Assembly (NCBI GenBank): GCA_050951805.1
Contig: JBMNJT010000002.1
Coordinates: 96,001-160,000, forward strand
Direction of reading: 5' to 3'
DNA from: Bacillota bacterium
GTDB taxonomy: Bacteria > Bacillota > DTU025
Length of the DNA: 64,000 nucleotides
Each line of letters begins with the position of its first letter. Positions within the stretch are counted from its first letter, which is position 1. Shown in pieces: positions 1 through 9,308 of this stretch. A program made the translations under genes and the position numbers. A model generated the notes under the pieces. It was not told the DNA's origin and did not search any database. It worked only from the letters and a program-made list of their open reading frames with translations.

Positions 1-35
1 GTATAATCCCGGCGGACGCCCTGAGGGGGGATTAG
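1..35 (+). CDS. C-terminal end of an upstream ABC transporter permease (truncated by window start)
   Basis: Frame from nt 3 reads IIPADALRGD*, the typical PxxALR C-terminus of MacB/FtsX-like permeases; ends 4 nt before the next permease. Confidence 0.55.
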   Translation, partial: IIPADALRGD

Positions 36-39
36 GCCG

Positions 40-1491
40 ATGACTTCGCATCTGTTCAAATCCGCGTGGATCAATATGAGTCGACGCCCAATGCAGTCTA
101 TTCTGACGATCATTCAAGTGGCTCTTGCAGTAGCCTGCATGGTTTCGGTGGCAAGCTACAGGATGAATGTGTCGACAGCGGTCGACCGTTTCAAGTCTTG
201 TACTGATGACATAGTGATTGCCATGGGCGGGATGGAAAAGCGCACTGAGGGCGGGTATATGAGAAACATGTACAATATTTTCGATGACGACGACATTGCC
301 CAACTCAATGCTGAAGTTTCCCTCGTGGAGTCTGTAACTGTTTACGAGGATATGTGGGACATTGAGGCTGATGTGGATGGAACGTTGTATCGAATTGGCT
401 TAGGTGCGTTAGTCGGGCCTGGCTATCAAGACGTGGTCGGCTTCGACATGATCGAAGGCAACTTCATAACCGATGTGGATATGAAGGCGCAGTCCCGCGT
501 GGTCGTTATCTCGGAAGCCCTCGCGAAGATTCTGTTTGGGGAGGGCCCCTACGTAGGCAGAACGCTTGGCATTATGCCAGTCTGGGCGCGACGGAATTTT
601 GCTAATGAAGACGGGGCCATGCCCGTGGCACCCACTGAATACCATGTTATAGGCGTATACAGCAATTCTAAGACGTCTACGTCAGCGATGTCGAGCTATA
701 GTGGCATGCATCCAGCCATCCTCTGTCCGCTCACGTCCGATCCCAATCAGATTTACAGTTCAGGCCAGGGCTGGTTATGCATGGACGAAGAGTATTATCC
801 ATACGGCACATTGATGATCAAGGCCGCCCCCGGCAAAGCTGCAGCAGTTCGTGACCGTATCGTTGCCATGGTGTCAGGCCGTCCGAGTCCCGATTCATTG
901 AGCGGAAGTAGTGGGAGTATGGTGGTCATGGGAGGCGGAAGCGCTGAATTTGACGGGCCAGGGTCAGATGGCGAAGGCTCCGATTGGTATTCGCCCCCTG
1001 ATGAAGAGAGCGGCGCGTCGGTGATATTCGAGAGAACTGATGACTTGGAGCAGATGATAGGCTCATCTATGACTAGGATGACGTTGTTGCTCGGCGGCGC
1101 TACGCTTATTGCGATAATCGTGAGCGCTCTGGGCATTCAGAGTGCTATGATGGTAAATGTGACTGAACGCACCCGCGAGATCGGCTTAAGGCGCGTTCTT
1201 GGCGCCTCCCGCCGCGTTGTGGTGGTCCAGTTCACCGTTGACGCCATGATACTCGCGGCAGTAGGAGGCGGATTCGGAGGGCTTCTGTCATTTGCCCTGT
1301 ATCCATACCTAATGAATTCTGTCTTTTCCAGTATGGGCCCGGGATGGCTTTTGGACGTGAGTGCGAGGCCTGTGGGATGGGCCATATTAGCCGGGATTGT
1401 TCTTTCCGCCGCAGTGGGTGCCCTCTTTGGGGCGATACCTGCGGCACAGGCTGCCCGTGTTCAGCCTGCAGATATAGTGAGAGAGCTTTGA
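40..1491 (+). CDS. ABC transporter permease, MacB/FtsX family
   Basis: N-terminal TM helix, large extracytoplasmic domain, NVTERTREIGLRRVLGA motif, three C-terminal TM helices, PADIVRE end. Confidence 0.92.
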   Translation: MTSHLFKSAWINMSRRPMQSILTIIQVALAVACMVSVASYRMNVSTAVDRFKSCTDDIVIAMGGMEKRTEGGYMRNMYNIFDDDDIAQLNAEVSLVESVTVYEDMWDIEADVDGTLYRIGLGALVGPGYQDVVGFDMIEGNFITDVDMKAQSRVVVISEALAKILFGEGPYVGRTLGIMPVWARRNFANEDGAMPVAPTEYHVIGVYSNSKTSTSAMSSYSGMHPAILCPLTSDPNQIYSSGQGWLCMDEEYYPYGTLMIKAAPGKAAAVRDRIVAMVSGRPSPDSLSGSSGSMVVMGGGSAEFDGPGSDGEGSDWYSPPDEESGASVIFERTDDLEQMIGSSMTRMTLLLGGATLIAIIVSALGIQSAMMVNVTERTREIGLRRVLGASRRVVVVQFTVDAMILAAVGGGFGGLLSFALYPYLMNSVFSSMGPGWLLDVSARPVGWAILAGIVLSAAVGALFGAIPAAQAARVQPADIVREL

Positions 1492-1508
1492 TTCGGGGAG
1501 GTATTCTT

Positions 1509-2834
1509 ATGGCTGCAGGTACGCCGGAAACCGAAAGAGAGTATGAGCCCATAGTCACCAGTCCGGCGCGGACTTCATCGAGCAAGACCCGCCGCGACAT
1601 GGGCATGCTCATATTCATCATAGCCGTGTTGGTTGGCGCGGTTGCCCTGGCTGCACGGTTTCTCATACCCAAAGAAAAACCCTACCTCCTCTCGAACTAC
1701 ACATTTGCCCATGTCAGCACGGCTGATTTCACTGACTCTGTGAGCGCCCCCGGAACCGTAGCGCCGGCTACCACAGTGGACGTGCGTGCTGACGTTTCTG
1801 GGGTGGTTGCCAAGCTCAGCGCCGCTTTAGGTGATGAGGTGAATGTGGGCGACCCCATATGCGTTCTTCAGTCGCCAGAGCTTGTTACAAGACGTGACGA
1901 GGCAGTGCGCCAGGTGGTTGCTGCTGAGGATGCACTCGCCAAGGCAAAGCTCGATGCTGCTCAATCGGAGGAACGGGTGAGGAGAGAGATCGTCGTAGCC
2001 GAGCAGGCGGTTTCAGATGCACTTAATCGACGTGAAGATATGGAGAAGCTGTTCGAGGCGGGCGCTGTGTCCCGAGTCCAGGTGGACGAGGCGCGGGCCG
2101 CGGAAAGCAAAGCGCGTATGGCGCTGGATAACGCGCGGTTGGATCACGATGCCACTATTAGGTCGAACGCCCTCTCGATCGACACGGCCACAAGGCAGGT
2201 TGGCGTGGCACGGAATGCTTTGCGCGCTGCCGAGGATTGTATTTCACAGCTCACAGTCTGCTCGCCTATTAAAGGCAAGGTGTTGGAACTGAGTGTCGTT
2301 TTAGGCGCAACAGCGAGCCAAGGGGGAGTGGTCGCCCAGGTGGCGGATATGGAGAGCATAGTGGTAAAGGCCAAAGTTGCCTCCACAGATGTCCGCCGGG
2401 TGACGGTAGGGCAGCCTGCTTCGATAAACCTGGGAGGCAGAAAGGTGGCTGGAGTAGTTCGCCATGTGGCGCCCAAGGCCGAAGCGAGCGGACAGGGAGC
2501 GACTGTTGAAGTGACAATCGATTTTGATGAACGGCCGGGCGACGTGCCCCCAAACAGTGCTGCATTCGTCGATATAGAGGTGCAGAGACGTACAGATGTG
2601 CCGTCCTTGCCCCGCGGCGCTTACCTGGCCAGCAGCAGAGAACTGTTCGTATACGTAATCGAAGGTTCCAAAGCGGTCCAACGGGACGTGAGATTCGGTT
2701 CAATCTTCGGCAACCGAATCGAAGTAGTAGACGGGCTGTCGGTGGGCGAGAGCGTGATCACCTCATCCTATGAGGAGTTCAAGGATAGGCGGGAGATAAA
2801 AGTTGCGCCTGAGGGAGGACGGGAAAGCCAATGA
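1509..2834 (+). CDS. Efflux periplasmic adaptor (membrane fusion protein, MacA/HlyD family)
   Basis: ATG 1509 follows GGGGAGG. TM anchor, lipoyl-like halves (VSGVVAKL..GDEVNVGD; SPIKGKV), coiled-coil hairpin, EVVDGLSVGESVI C-terminus. Confidence 0.88.
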   Translation: MAAGTPETEREYEPIVTSPARTSSSKTRRDMGMLIFIIAVLVGAVALAARFLIPKEKPYLLSNYTFAHVSTADFTDSVSAPGTVAPATTVDVRADVSGVVAKLSAALGDEVNVGDPICVLQSPELVTRRDEAVRQVVAAEDALAKAKLDAAQSEERVRREIVVAEQAVSDALNRREDMEKLFEAGAVSRVQVDEARAAESKARMALDNARLDHDATIRSNALSIDTATRQVGVARNALRAAEDCISQLTVCSPIKGKVLELSVVLGATASQGGVVAQVADMESIVVKAKVASTDVRRVTVGQPASINLGGRKVAGVVRHVAPKAEASGQGATVEVTIDFDERPGDVPPNSAAFVDIEVQRRTDVPSLPRGAYLASSRELFVYVIEGSKAVQRDVRFGSIFGNRIEVVDGLSVGESVITSSYEEFKDRREIKVAPEGGRESQ

Positions 2835-3541
2835 ACGAGGATAGACAGGCTCAGGCTTTCATACAGCTTGAGGACGTGTGCAAAGTATACGCGATGGGGG
2901 ATGTCAGCGTTGCGGCGCTGGGAGGAATTTCACTCGAAATCCCCCGTGGGGAGTATGTAGCGATAATGGGACCGTCCGGTTCGGGGAAGTCCACTCTGCT
3001 CAACATCATGGGCGGTTTGGACGTGGCAACATCAGGCAAATACCTGCTAGAGGGCGTCGAGGTAACGCGTCTGCCCGATGCTGAGCTTGCCAGGATCAGG
3101 TGCCGTCACTTCGGATTCATCTTTCAAAGTTACAACCTCTTTCCCGAACTCACAGCAATCGAAAATGTGATAGTCCCCATGATGTACGCAGGCGTTGCGC
3201 CGGCTAATCGGACGCAACGGGCTGCAGAGCTCCTTGATTCGCTGGGGATGGGCCACCGGCTTCGCCATCTCCCAAGTCAGCTTTCAGGCGGAGAACAGCA
3301 GCGCGTTGCGATTGCAAGGGCGCTTGCCAACGACCCCGACGTGATATTCGCCGACGAGCCTACTGGAAACCTGGCCACAGCGCAGGGCGAGGAGATATTG
3401 GATATTCTTGAAGGGCTCAACAAAAGAGGGGTTACCATAGTGATAGTGACTCACAGCGAGAACGTTGCCGACCGCGCAGAACGACTCATAACCATGCGCG
3501 ATGGGCGAGTATATTCAGACCAGACGGCGGCTCGGGTGTAG
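2831..3541 (+). CDS. ABC transporter ATP-binding protein (LolD/MacB-type)
   Basis: Walker [24 protein letters not shown] signature, Walker B/D-loop [11 protein letters not shown]-loop VTH. Confidence 0.95.
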   Translation: MNEDRQAQAFIQLEDVCKVYAMGDVSVAALGGISLEIPRGEYVAIMGPSGSGKSTLLNIMGGLDVATSGKYLLEGVEVTRLPDAELARIRCRHFGFIFQSYNLFPELTAIENVIVPMMYAGVAPANRTQRAAELLDSLGMGHRLRHLPSQLSGGEQQRVAIARALANDPDVIFADEPTGNLATAQGEEILDILEGLNKRGVTIVIVTHSENVADRAERLITMRDGRVYSDQTAARV

Positions 3542-3889
3542 GTCGGGCGCAGCAAGCCTTGCCTGACTGACAACCTCTCATCATTTGACCCGCAACTCAA
3601 AACAGAGCTCAAATCCGTCTGCGTAACGTCGTCTCTTTAGTCGGCCGGACTGCCAGTCTCTCCTGAGATCCGCAAATGGCGCCCATTCTGCCAGCGGCCA
3701 TACATATTCTCCCCGAAAAGAGGATTGCAGATATCCAACGGTTGCTTTTGTCACAATGAGAGTCCCACAGCAAGTGTGGATAAGCCACTGCGCGATTCTC
3801 TTTAGTTCAGATCTTGGCCGCCTGCTCAGATCAAGATGCTCTTCGCAAGTTGCGCAGAAGCACAAGATGGGGGGAGGGACTTTTTCCTA

Positions 3890-3918
3890 TTGCATAATCT
3901 CCCCTGAGGTGCTATCAT
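3890..3918 (+). promoter_or_regulatory. Putative sigmaA promoter of the his operon
   Basis: TTGCAT-N17-TATCAT with extended -10 TG, just upstream of the T-box. Confidence 0.55.
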
Positions 3919-3945
3919 CTAACGTAATATACAAATACACACGTT

Positions 3946-4265
3946 AAAGCGATGATCGGGAAGAGTAGGCGCGGACCTTTCGGGCAGCGAGCCGGGGACG
4001 GTGCGAGCCCGGTCCGAAAGAGCGACTGAACCACACCCGGGAGTGCGGGCTGAACGCGGGCGCGAAAGCGTTCTGCTATTAGGTTCCGACGGAGTCTTTC
4101 ACCGTTACAGGAAAGGGGATATAAGGCAGCACTGCTTCTGTCGCCTGTTGCGCCGCTGTCCGTATCCTTGATGAGTGGGTTCGAGGCGCCAGCTTCGGGC
4201 TAATTAGGGTGGGACCACGGGAAGATCATGCTTCTCGTCCCTTTGCGGGACGGGGAGCATTTTTT
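3946..4265 (+). ncRNA. T-box riboswitch, histidine-specific
   Basis: Stem I with AGTA bulge and GGTGCGAG loop; CAC (His) specifier at 4032-4034; T-box AATTAGGGTGGGACCACGGG at 4202-4221, whose UGGG bulge matches the C73 discriminator of tRNA-His; terminator hairpin 4228-4260 plus T-tract. Confidence 0.93.
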
Positions 4266-4350
4266 CTTTAGTGCGCACTGTGTCCGCCCAGTCCAACTTG
4301 TCTTCGCAATGATATCGTCGACAAAACAGCAGACAGGAGCGTGATCGATT

Positions 4351-5430
4351 GTGGACAGCTTTCCGACTTGGGGAAGATACTATCTCCCCGCTGATGCCCT
4401 CATCAGACGACATATTGAGAGCAGTCTGGCGTGGACGTTCGAAGCCCGGGGCTACGAAGAGATAGTCCCGCCGCTGCTGGTGGGGTTGGATATGGCTGTA
4501 CTCGACTCGAGTGGTTCGACCTTTACCAATGGCCTGGCTGGGGCAGAGAAGCCATACGCAGTCCTTGCAAGGGATGGCAGCTTCTTTGCCCTGCGGTCTG
4601 ACATGACTGTCCCTGTTGCAGCTCTGGCAGTGCGCCACCTCTTGCCATCGGAAAGTCCTGTCCGCCTCTATTACTCAGGCAGCGTCTTTCGCCCCCAGAA
4701 GGCGGGAAATGGAAAACCGGAGGAGCGGCGCCAGTTTGGCGCTGAGCTGATCGGGACAGACGCTGCAGACAGCGTCAAAGCCGATTGTGAGATTCTTGCC
4801 ATGGCTGCCGAAGGGCTAATCAACACAGGAGTGCGGGACTTTTGCATCGGCCTGAGCGACGCTAAGCTCTTCTTGGCCATGCTCGATGCAGCACGGGTCG
4901 AGGATGATGCGAAAGATGCCATCTGGTCAGCGCTGGCATCACGAGACTATGTCCGCTATGGCGAGCTCGTATCGTCCCTCGATGACGGCGGCGATCCTCA
5001 GAAAGCCCTCGGAATCGATCTTCTCAAGCGCTTGCTTGCCCTAGAGTCAACAGAGGAGTCGCTCGATGCGCTCAGGAGGGCAGGGGTCTGCGATGCAGCT
5101 TCCGAGCTTATCAGGATACTTGATGTCTTGGAAGAGAGGGGTTTGGGCAAGTGCTTTCGTCTCGACCTGTCCATAGTCCGGGAATTTCGGTACTACACCG
5201 GAGTCGTGTTCGAGGGATATGCCGTTGGGTGCGCAAATGCCGTGATCGGCGGTGGACGGTACGACAAACTGCTGGCGCGATTTGGGTCGTCTGCGCCCGC
5301 AGCGGGTTTGGCTGTGGATGTGGACGCCGTGGTGTCGGCTTTGCAAGCAGTAGAAGGAGGTGAGCGTCGATGGAACAGGTATCTGTGGCCCAACGCACGC
5401 CCGTGCGCGAAAGTGAGGTCGCGTCACTAA
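4351..5430 (+). CDS. hisZ: ATP phosphoribosyltransferase regulatory subunit
   Basis: HisRS-like motifs ALRSDMTVPVA, RLYYSGSVFR, QFGAELIG, YYTGVVFEGY, GGGRYDKLL; directly precedes the short hisG. Confidence 0.92.
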   Translation: MDSFPTWGRYYLPADALIRRHIESSLAWTFEARGYEEIVPPLLVGLDMAVLDSSGSTFTNGLAGAEKPYAVLARDGSFFALRSDMTVPVAALAVRHLLPSESPVRLYYSGSVFRPQKAGNGKPEERRQFGAELIGTDAADSVKADCEILAMAAEGLINTGVRDFCIGLSDAKLFLAMLDAARVEDDAKDAIWSALASRDYVRYGELVSSLDDGGDPQKALGIDLLKRLLALESTEESLDALRRAGVCDAASELIRILDVLEERGLGKCFRLDLSIVREFRYYTGVVFEGYAVGCANAVIGGGRYDKLLARFGSSAPAAGLAVDVDAVVSALQAVEGGERRWNRYLWPNARPCAKVRSRH

Positions 5431-6119
5431 ATCTAGGGAACTGTCTCAGCATCGCGCTTCCCAAAGGTCGATTGCTCCAGCCATCGCTGGATGCCCTGGC
5501 GGAAGCGGGACTTCAAGTTCCAAGCATGGATGAGATAGACAGAAGACTCATCTACACGACGGGTGACGGCAGTATGCGGTTCATTCTTGCCCGCCCTGCG
5601 GATGTGCCAGCATATGTCGAACATGGCGCTGCCGACCTAGGGATAACCGGAAAGGATGCGTTGCTCGAAGGCGATTGGGGCGTTTGCGAACTCGTCGACT
5701 TAGGTTTTGGGAGATGCCGCTTGGTTGTTGCAGCGCTTCAGGGGGCGATTGCCCCAGATGGCTGCGGCTCTGAGGGGGCCGTCTGCAAGCTGCCTTTGCC
5801 GCGTAGTGGCCACACTCTACGGGTAGCCACCAAGTTTCCGGCCATTGCCAGACGCCACTTTGCGCTGAAACGGGATCTATGCGTCGAGATCATCAAGCTC
5901 AATGGGGCTGTGGAGATTGCTCCTATTGCGGGGCTTTCCGACGTAATCGTGGACATAGTGGACACCGGCCGTACATTGGCCGACAACGGGCTTGTGCCAA
6001 TAGAGGAGGTAGCGCAGTTATCAGCGAGGCTCATTGCGAATCGCGCGAGCCTCAAGCTGAAATCTACAGTCATCCATCAGATTGCGTCGGCGCTTTGTGA
6101 TCGAAGCCGCAGCATCTGA
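5370..6119 (+). CDS. hisG: ATP phosphoribosyltransferase, short form
   Basis: IALPKGRL, DVPAYVEHGAADLGITGKD, VATKFP, DIVDTGRTL; no C-terminal regulatory domain; RBS AAGGAGGTG. Confidence 0.95.
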   Translation: MEQVSVAQRTPVRESEVASLNLGNCLSIALPKGRLLQPSLDALAEAGLQVPSMDEIDRRLIYTTGDGSMRFILARPADVPAYVEHGAADLGITGKDALLEGDWGVCELVDLGFGRCRLVVAALQGAIAPDGCGSEGAVCKLPLPRSGHTLRVATKFPAIARRHFALKRDLCVEIIKLNGAVEIAPIAGLSDVIVDIVDTGRTLADNGLVPIEEVAQLSARLIANRASLKLKSTVIHQIASALCDRSRSI

Positions 6120-6217
6120 CGGACTTAGGCATCGAGCAGACAGATGGATTGCTGTAAAGCTGAGGCGAGGTTTATGGCCATTAAAACATGCCAATGCCAG
6201 GAGGTGTTGAGGCGAAG

Positions 6218-7516
6218 ATGAATACGCCAATCGGGATAAAGACTATTGCAGCTTGCGACTACTTGCAGCAACGAATCCGTCGAGGGCCTGAGGACTTCGA
6301 AGAGGTTGAGCAGAAGGTTCGCCCCATCATTGAAGACGTCCGAAGACGCGGTGACCAGGCTGTGCTCGACTACACCGCGCAGTTCGACGGTGCAGATTTT
6401 GTGCCAGAAAGCATTGAGACCACGAGCGCCGACATTGATCACGCCTACTCTGTGGTGGATCAGGGCGTTGTAGAGGCTCTCCGGAAGGCGGCCGACAATA
6501 TTCGGTGCTTCCACGAGCGGCAGGTACAGCAGACTTGGGCGTGCATTCTGGATGATGGAGCCATCATGGGGCAGGCAATCCGACCAATAGAACGGGTTGG
6601 CATCTACGCGCCTGGCGGCGCCGCGGCCTACCCGTCCTCTGTGCTCATGTGCGCGGTACCTGCCCGGATAGCCGGGGTGCAGAGCGTGATTGTCTGCACT
6701 CCACCTGGTCCCGGTGGCGTTGCCAACCCCTATGTGCTCGTGGCGGCCGACATCGTTGGCGTCGACAAGGTGTTCAAGGTTGGGGGATGTCAGGCCATCG
6801 CGGCGATGGCTTTTGGCACCGAGTCCGTCTGTGCAGTAGACAAAATCGTGGGACCGGGCAATGCTTATGTGACTGCAGCCAAAAGGTTGGTCTTTGGCTA
6901 TGTGGACATCGATATGCTCGCCGGACCGAGCGAACTTGTCGTGCTAGCAGACATGTCCGCCGACCCGCGCTTCGTGGCGGCGGACATGCTTTCTCAGGCT
7001 GAGCACGGTCCTGACTCGGAAGCCATATTGGTGACAACCAGATGCGAGGTTGCCGCGAGTGTTGTCCGCGAAATAGCCGTTCAGGTTGAGTCCCTGTCTC
7101 GTCGCGATACGATTATACGTTCTTTAAGCGAACACGGCCTTATCATAATCGCCGACGATCTCGACCAGGCTGTAGACGTGGTAAACCGCTATGCCCCTGA
7201 ACACCTTGAAGTGATGGTGGACGATCCCCATGCCCTTCTCAGTCGGCTGCGCAACGCCGGCAGCATACTGCTAGGTCCGCTCACGCCGGTGGCGGCCACC
7301 GACTACGCCGCCGGACCGAACCATGTATTGCCCACAGGTGGCACAGCTCGCAGTGGATCGCCTCTTTCAGTTCGGGATTTTGTGAAGATACAGAACATCA
7401 CATCGCTTACGCGGGTTGCACTAGACGATATGATGGATGCCGCCGAGACCATCGCAGCAGTCGAAGGGCTGGATGCTCACGCAGCTGCCCTTGGGGCAAG
7501 GAGGGTAGGATTATGA
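6218..7516 (+). CDS. hisD: Histidinol dehydrogenase
   Basis: GIYAPGG, KIVGPGNAYV, IDMLAGPSE, SQAEHG, APEHLE, GPNHVLPTGG. Start at 6218 or 6188. Confidence 0.96.
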   Translation: MNTPIGIKTIAACDYLQQRIRRGPEDFEEVEQKVRPIIEDVRRRGDQAVLDYTAQFDGADFVPESIETTSADIDHAYSVVDQGVVEALRKAADNIRCFHERQVQQTWACILDDGAIMGQAIRPIERVGIYAPGGAAAYPSSVLMCAVPARIAGVQSVIVCTPPGPGGVANPYVLVAADIVGVDKVFKVGGCQAIAAMAFGTESVCAVDKIVGPGNAYVTAAKRLVFGYVDIDMLAGPSELVVLADMSADPRFVAADMLSQAEHGPDSEAILVTTRCEVAASVVREIAVQVESLSRRDTIIRSLSEHGLIIIADDLDQAVDVVNRYAPEHLEVMVDDPHALLSRLRNAGSILLGPLTPVAATDYAAGPNHVLPTGGTARSGSPLSVRDFVKIQNITSLTRVALDDMMDAAETIAAVEGLDAHAAALGARRVGL

Positions 7517-8691
7517 TAGCCTCAGTTGCCGGGAGAGGAGGCGCCAATGAACGGGATATGGGTTCGGTGGCCGAGTTCGCCAGGCCTGAACTTCAAGGGC
7601 TTCGAGCTTGCGTGCCTGATTGGCATGGCGTCAGAGTCAAACTTGACAGCAACGAAAGCCCCTTCGATCTCCCTGCATGCATAAAGGAAAATGCCCTGAG
7701 GAAGTTGCGGGAGATCCCGTTCAATAGGTACCCTCAAGGGCTGGCGGCGAAGCTCAGGGAGACGATTGCATTCCGCGACGGGGTCAGCGAGACACAGGTG
7801 ACCCTCGGCAACGGGCTGGACGAGGTAATCTACATTATCCTGCAGGCTTTTGGACCAGGCAGGAAAGTAATAATCCAGAAGCCCTCTTTTACTACGTATA
7901 CCTATGCGGCTCTTTCCGCTAGCGCTGATATCCGGGCAGTTCCCCTCGACGAGGGACTGCGCTTGAGCACAGCGGGGCTTATCGAAGAGGCGAATGCTGC
8001 CGAGTCGCCTTGTATCTTGATCATATGCAACCCTCACAACCCTACCGGAGGGCGGTTTATGGAGGAAGACATCGTGGATGTGCTCGAAGCTACGAATTCC
8101 ATGGTCATAGTCGACGAGGCATACGTGGAGTTTTCGGGCGGAAGCGTTCTCCCGTTGGTTGCTGAGTATGATCGACTGATCGTGCTGCGGACGTTGTCAA
8201 AGGCTTTCGGGTTGGCCGGGGTGCGTGTCGGGTACTCCGTGTCGAGCTCTGAGATCGCTGCCGAGTTGGACCGGATCAGGCAGCCGTTCAACCTCGACTC
8301 GCTTGCCTTGGTTGTTGCTCAGACCGCTCTGGAAAACGACAACTATTGCCGGGAAGCGGTCGTCCGCATTGTCGAAGAGCGCGAGCGGCTTTTGGGCCGC
8401 CTTGGAGAAATTCACGGAGTGACCTGTTTCCCGTCTTGTACGAATTTCATTCTGTTTAGGACAACGATGCCAGATGCAACGATGGTCAGAGATGCTCTTC
8501 GTCGGTATGGCGTATCTGTTCGCGTGTTTCCCGATGAGCCCATGCTTCGCGGGTGCCTGAGGGTGAGCTGTGGGACAAAGGAAGAGGACGACGCATTCCT
8601 GGAGGCTTTGGAGAAGGTGTTGGCAGAAGCAAACCAAACGTCCGCCGGTCTTCGTGACGACGACGGAAAAAGGATTGAGGGTGGTGAGTAG
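7513..8691 (+). CDS. hisC: Histidinol-phosphate aminotransferase
   Basis: KLDSNESP, NRYP, CNPHNPTG, VDEAYVEF, PLP lysine in RTLSKAFGLAGVRVGY. Confidence 0.94.
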   Translation: MIASVAGRGGANERDMGSVAEFARPELQGLRACVPDWHGVRVKLDSNESPFDLPACIKENALRKLREIPFNRYPQGLAAKLRETIAFRDGVSETQVTLGNGLDEVIYIILQAFGPGRKVIIQKPSFTTYTYAALSASADIRAVPLDEGLRLSTAGLIEEANAAESPCILIICNPHNPTGGRFMEEDIVDVLEATNSMVIVDEAYVEFSGGSVLPLVAEYDRLIVLRTLSKAFGLAGVRVGYSVSSSEIAAELDRIRQPFNLDSLALVVAQTALENDNYCREAVVRIVEERERLLGRLGEIHGVTCFPSCTNFILFRTTMPDATMVRDALRRYGVSVRVFPDEPMLRGCLRVSCGTKEEDDAFLEALEKVLAEANQTSAGLRDDDGKRIEGGE

Positions 8692-8692
8692 G

Positions 8693-9307
8693 ATGCCCAA
8701 ACCGAGACTGGCCGAAGTGCACCGCAAGACATCGGAGACATCAGTCGAGCTGAGGTTGATCCTCGACGCTGCCAGAGACCATGGCTGCTCTGGCAGTCAT
8801 CAGGCGAACATCTCAACTTGCTGCGGATTCTTTGATCACATGCTCAGGCTGCTGGCATTTCATGCCCAGTTTAGCTTGGATCTTCATGCCACGGGAGACA
8901 TCGAAGTCGACTATCACCATCTTGTGGAAGATGTGGGCATCTGTATCGGCGAGGCATTCTGCGAAGCGCTAGGCGACAAGCAAGGCATTGCGCGCTTTGG
9001 CAGCGCCCTTGTGCCAATGGATGACGCTTTGAGCATGGCCGTCGTGGATCTGTCGGGGCGTCCATTCCTTCATTTCAATGTGTCCATGCCATGCGCGAAG
9101 GTTGGCGATTTCGATACAGAGCTGGTGGAAGAGTTCATGCGGGCTTTGGCAAGTAACGGGAAGTTCACATTGCATGTAGACCTGCTCCACGGGTGGAACA
9201 CGCACCATATCATAGAATCTGTCTTCAAGGCGGTGGCTCTTGCATTGAGGCAGGCCGCGGCAGCAGGAGACACGTCTTCGATTCCGTCCACGAAAGGGGT
9301 GTTGTAG
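8693..9307 (+). CDS. hisB: Imidazoleglycerol-phosphate dehydratase (monofunctional)
   Basis: RKTSET, FFDHML, DYHHLVED, PMDDA, NTHHIIESVFKA, PSTKGVL; ATG immediately after the hisC stop. Confidence 0.95.
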   Translation: MPKPRLAEVHRKTSETSVELRLILDAARDHGCSGSHQANISTCCGFFDHMLRLLAFHAQFSLDLHATGDIEVDYHHLVEDVGICIGEAFCEALGDKQGIARFGSALVPMDDALSMAVVDLSGRPFLHFNVSMPCAKVGDFDTELVEEFMRALASNGKFTLHVDLLHGWNTHHIIESVFKAVALALRQAAAAGDTSSIPSTKGVL

Positions 9308-9308
9308 G

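Noticed and set aside
5370-5430. 61-nt overlap of hisZ and hisG
   Set aside because: Non-conserved terminal extensions; ordinary operon compaction.
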